The notes under the pieces: model-generated
Seen by the model: the letters and a program-made list of their open reading frames with translations, nothing else
Told to the model about the DNA's origin: nothing
Database searches by the model: none
In this document: positions 28,898 to 32,000 of the stretch, piece by piece
How positions within the stretch are numbered: position 1 is the first letter of the stretch
Layout of the letters: each line of letters starts with the position of its first letter
Program-made: the position numbers and the translations under genes
Assembly: GCF_000013905.1 (NCBI RefSeq)
Contig: NC_007969.1
Location: 300,001-332,000 of the forward strand
DNA: 32,000 nucleotides
From: Psychrobacter cryohalolentis K5
GTDB lineage: Bacteria > Pseudomonadota > Gammaproteobacteria > Pseudomonadales > Moraxellaceae
Reading direction: 5' to 3'

Positions 28898-29018
28898 TGC
28901 CCTGAGGAGTGATGGTTGAATAAAAATATCATCTACATTGTATTGATTACTTACAAATTCAATGTAGGCGCGCATTTGTGGACAGGCTATAGTGTTTAGC
29001 ATAATTATTTGGGAGAGC

Positions 29019-29546
29019 ATGATGAATGTAGCATTATTAAAACAGTGGCGTCACTCTTTGGTTGTTACGGCATTATTGGCAGGAGCCTTGTCTGTGACTG
29101 CCTGTCAGCCAAAGCAAGAAACAGAGCCAAGTCTAGAAGAGAGTATCAGTGAAGAGCAGGCTGTGCCTATGTCTGCTGAACCTGCCGAGCCAAGTGATGT
29201 GGTCGTAGATGCCTCTGCTAGCGAAGTCGCAGACGATACCGTAGCTACAGTAAATACTGGCGTCAATCAAATAACGTACTTGTGCTCTCCTGAACTCGAG
29301 GTCGAAGCGACCTATAAAGATGCGGATAGCCAAGTGGTGCTTGCGACTGCTAAAGGGTCAGTCACTTTGACAAAAACCAATGAAGCCAGCAATCCTGAAG
29401 TATTTGAGGGCGCAACGGCTATCGATGGGACGACAGGCTTTGTACAATGGCGCGTAGCCCATAAAGATCGCGAAACAGGTGTAATGCGTACCGCTGGCAC
29501 TGACGCCACTAACGTCACTACTTATGAATGTAAAAAGACTCAATAA
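29019..29546 (+). CDS. Lipoprotein, possibly MliC/PliC-like
   Basis: The signal peptide has a lipobox (LSVTA|C). An acidic linker precedes a ~95-aa C-terminal domain bounded by two Cys (YLCSPE ... YECKK). Its strand pattern loosely resembles the MliC fold, but the SGARY-type motif is absent. ATG 29019 follows GGGAGA; the track start is GTG 28992. Confidence 0.6.
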   Translation: MMNVALLKQWRHSLVVTALLAGALSVTACQPKQETEPSLEESISEEQAVPMSAEPAEPSDVVVDASASEVADDTVATVNTGVNQITYLCSPELEVEATYKDADSQVVLATAKGSVTLTKTNEASNPEVFEGATAIDGTTGFVQWRVAHKDRETGVMRTAGTDATNVTTYECKKTQ

Positions 29547-29574
29547 TGGCTAGAACGTTAATGGATAATTTAAA

Positions 29575-29612
29575 ATAAAAAAAGCAACGTTCGCGTTGCT
29601 TTTCTGCTTTTG
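29575..29612. terminator. Bidirectional intrinsic terminator between convergent genes
   Basis: An A-run precedes a perfect 8-bp stem AAGCAACG/CGTTGCTT with loop TTCG, followed by TTCTGCTTTTG. Confidence 0.75.
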
Positions 29613-29640
29613 ATTTCCACCAACTTTGAAACTCGACAGC

Positions 29641-30309
29641 TTATCTCTTATGAGCCGTATTTTGCTCATGTGCCAAAAACCCTTCTTCAGTAACATCGAG
29701 TTCCTCATGTTTGAGTTCGACTTCGATGCTGTCAGTATGCGTATGTGTGGTTTTTTCAATGGCTATTTCTTGGATGACGTAAGTGTCCTTAGTAATGGTT
29801 GCGATTTGACGTGATAAAATAATCTCAATAGGCGCATCGCCAATCTCAACTTGTGTGCCATTAATAGTAACAACGGCTTTACTATCTAATGAAGGCTCCA
29901 CATGACGCAAGATGTCTTTATCATCATAGTTTTCTGACAATAGATCCTGACTTTCGGCATCCTGATAATCGGTACGTACCGTGATATATTCTTCTACCAG
30001 CTCAATAGGTACTTGAATAGTTTTGGTGCGAAAATGCTTGGTGACAGTTACTTTACCAACATCCAAGCGCTCTTTATTGACTACTGGGCGCTCTTCTAAT
30101 AATTCTAGATAACCACCGTTATTGTTATTAGTATCAGGTAGATTTTCTGAAATACTTTCTTGTTGATTGCTTATTATTGTTTGCTTCTGACTATGATCAG
30201 ATGATAACAAGTCAGATGAGGTTAAATCATCTTGCGTGCCACTAGCGGTATTATTGGTAAAGTCAGGATAGTTGGTATTGGGATAGTTATTTTCATTATT
30301 AGGATTCAT
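29641..30309 (-). CDS. DUF2382 (YsnF/AvaK-like) stress-response domain protein
   Basis: LELLEERPVVNKERLDVGKVTVTKHFRTKTIQVPIELVEEYITV, plus a second half-repeat IEKTTHTHTDSIEVELKHEELDV. The N-terminus is N/S/T-rich and low-complexity. Confidence 0.75.
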   Translation of the reverse strand: MNPNNENNYPNTNYPDFTNNTASGTQDDLTSSDLLSSDHSQKQTIISNQQESISENLPDTNNNNGGYLELLEERPVVNKERLDVGKVTVTKHFRTKTIQVPIELVEEYITVRTDYQDAESQDLLSENYDDKDILRHVEPSLDSKAVVTINGTQVEIGDAPIEIILSRQIATITKDTYVIQEIAIEKTTHTHTDSIEVELKHEELDVTEEGFLAHEQNTAHKR

Positions 30310-30334
30310 GGTTATTGTCCTTATTATTGTATAT

Positions 30335-30363
30335 AAAAAAAGACCAGAGACGAGCTCTGGTCT
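30335..30363 (-). terminator. Intrinsic terminator between the two DUF2382 genes
   Basis: On the minus strand, stem AGACCAGAG/CTCTGGTCT with a 5-nt loop is followed by TTTTTTT. Confidence 0.75.
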
Positions 30364-30480
30364 TATCTACTGAGCAAATCACTCAGTGGCTAATGGCTGT
30401 CGTATAGTATTGATTTAAATAGTATATAACAATATCACAAATACTATTTAGATTATAAAGCCATACGAATGGCTAGCCTA

Positions 30481-31329
30481 TTACATACCACGAGCGCGGC
30501 GTACATCTTCAGCAGTGATATCATCACGAGTAAACAAATTGCCATCACGATCAATCACGTTACCATTATTATCGACATCTAGCTCTTCACGTTGAATGGT
30601 ATCTACGATAGTCTCAGTATGACGTTCTGTCGTTTTACCAACATTCACTTCTTCTGTGACATAGGTCTCTTTATTGACATGAGCACGCTCAGCTTCTAGC
30701 TCAACTTCGATCGTCTCATTGCCATCGATATCACCGATACGGCGTTCAGTTGGGCGATTAACATTGGTACGTTCAATATTGGCATGCTCTTCTTCCAAGT
30801 CAACATTGACGTTACGCTCTTCAGTCACGACATGCTTACCGACTTTTACCAAACCTGCCACAATACGATCTTTATTAACAGTCAGACGTTCTTCTAATAG
30901 ATCTAACGTATTTGGTGCATCGTAATTGTGATCGGCAATTTCCATACGCTCAGCTTCTGGGATACTGTCAGCGACAAACGCCTGACGGTCTCTTTCATAC
31001 TGTTCTTTATAGCTATATTGATAATCATGGTCATAGACTTCCATCGCTTCGACCTGCGATTTGGTTAAGCTATCAAAGAATACGTCATCACCAACGATAC
31101 GTGCCAAACCTGCTGGTACCAATACTTCTTTTGAGCTAAACCAGCCACCTGCATCGACGATTAAGTAACGAATGCGACCAGTCGTATCTTCTACCAATGC
31201 GCCTTCGATTTTACCGATTTTTTCTTCATTAACACCAAAAGCAGTCTTGCCAGTTGGGTCATAATAATCATCACCGATCAGATCACGGTGAGTTGCTTGG
31301 ATATCTCTTAAACGAATAAGTTGGCTCAT
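30481..31329 (-). CDS. PRC-barrel plus DUF2382 (YsnF-like) stress-response protein
   Basis: The N-terminal PRC-barrel-like region is KIGKIEGALVEDTTGRIRYLIVDAGGWFSSKEVLVPAG. The DUF2382 repeats are LDLLEERLTVNKDRIVAGLVKVGKHVVTEERNVNVDLEEEH and VGKTTERHTETIVDTIQREELDV. Confidence 0.8.
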   Translation of the reverse strand: MSQLIRLRDIQATHRDLIGDDYYDPTGKTAFGVNEEKIGKIEGALVEDTTGRIRYLIVDAGGWFSSKEVLVPAGLARIVGDDVFFDSLTKSQVEAMEVYDHDYQYSYKEQYERDRQAFVADSIPEAERMEIADHNYDAPNTLDLLEERLTVNKDRIVAGLVKVGKHVVTEERNVNVDLEEEHANIERTNVNRPTERRIGDIDGNETIEVELEAERAHVNKETYVTEEVNVGKTTERHTETIVDTIQREELDVDNNGNVIDRDGNLFTRDDITAEDVRRARGM

Positions 31330-31629
31330 TATTATCTTCCTTTTGTATGAGTAAATTTCTTTTTATAAAATGGTTTATTGATATTCTTATATGAACTGTT
31401 ATTAGATAAACGGTTCAAGCAATAGTATTTATTATAGCCAGTCGCTATCTCGACTTGTTGATATCGTAACAGGACGATTTGGCATGAGATATATAAGCAA
31501 GGTAGCAAAGTGTGCGCTTGACGTAAGGGTGTGTAATAGGCTGTAAAGAGCATAATCACTATATAACTTTTAAGTTAAGGCTTTCCTACGCTAATACGTT
31601 TAAGCAGACGGGTGTTAATATTTTGACAT

Positions 31630-31664
31630 AAAAAAACCGCATTGCTCAAAGCAATGCGGTTTTA
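31630..31664 (-). terminator. Intrinsic terminator downstream of the thiolase gene
   Basis: A perfect 10-bp stem ACCGCATTGC/GCAATGCGGT is followed by a run of 7 T on the minus strand. Confidence 0.8.
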
Positions 31665-31716
31665 GATTCTAATAATAAGCTAAAGATTTACAGCATACCG
31701 ATCATTTTAAAATAAC

Positions 31717-32000
31717 TTAAGCCAATTCGATTGCTACTGCTACTGCTTCGCCGCCACCGATACATAGTGTAGCAACGCCTTTTTTGCCACCAGTACGCTT
31801 TAGAGAGTTAATAAGCGTCACTAGGATACGAGCGCCTGAACAGCCCACTGGATGACCAAGGGCACAAGCACCGCCTTCTATGTTTACTTTAGCATGTTCG
31901 ATGTTTAGCTCATCCATTGCTGCCATCGTAACCATGGCAAATGCTTCATTGATTTCCCATAAATCGACATCAGCGACTGACCAGCTAGCACTTGCCAATA
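31717..32000 (-). CDS. Acetyl-CoA C-acetyltransferase (thiolase), C-terminal fragment truncated by the window edge
   Basis: NEAFAMV, GGACALGHPVGCSGARILVTL and LCIGGGEAVA are thiolase C-terminal active-site signatures. The ORF is open to the window end. Confidence 0.9.
   Translation of the reverse strand, partial: LASASWSVADVDLWEINEAFAMVTMAAMDELNIEHAKVNIEGGACALGHPVGCSGARILVTLINSLKRTGGKKGVATLCIGGGEAVAVAIELA

Noticed and set aside
31332-31559. 75-aa minus-strand ORF upstream of the PRC-barrel/DUF2382 gene
   Set aside because: It lies in an AT-rich leader and promoter region, has no RBS and has an implausible composition.
1-32000. CRISPR arrays, IS elements, prophage or defence-system genes
   Set aside because: I saw no regularly spaced repeats and no transposase, integrase, nuclease or ATPase defence signatures on either strand. 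The only repeats are short intergenic motifs and terminator hairpins.

Overview
This looks like an ordinary chromosomal window from an AT-rich gammaproteobacterium. Gene content, synteny (mutS-fdxA, fimU-pilVWXY1-pilE-pilE) and polar low-complexity inserts suggest Moraxellaceae, possibly Psychrobacter-like, but that is inference only. In order, the window contains: tRNA-His; an AraC-family regulator; an orphan 362-aa protein; an isolated type II secretion pair gspF and gspG; a stand-alone DsbD-alpha paralogue followed by full-length dsbD; outer-membrane phospholipase pldA; comF; a complete type IV pilus minor-pilin operon (fimU-pilV-pilW-pilX-pilY1 plus two pilE-like genes); the major pilin pilA with an adjacent O-antigen-ligase-like tfpO; a second divergent pilin; fdxA and mutS on the minus strand; secA; a lipoprotein; two DUF2382 (YsnF-like) stress-protein paralogues on the minus strand; and the 3' end of a thiolase gene. 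I found no CRISPR array, transposase, integrase, prophage, toxin-antitoxin pair or recognisable defence genes. I cannot point to a convincingly new multi-gene system. The points most worth a second look are:
- -24/-12 (sigma-54-type) promoter elements in front of all three pilin transcription units, including the minor-pilin operon.
- The pilA(C-terminal Ser)-tfpO-second pilin module, where a strong intrinsic terminator sits inside the annotated 5' end of tfpO.
- A secreted stand-alone DsbD-alpha paralogue that keeps both catalytic cysteines.
- A GspG pseudopilin with a prepeptide of at least 31 aa.
- An orphan protein directly upstream of gspF.
CDS coordinates follow the supplied ORF track. 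Short-motif coordinates were counted by hand and may be off by 1-2 nt.
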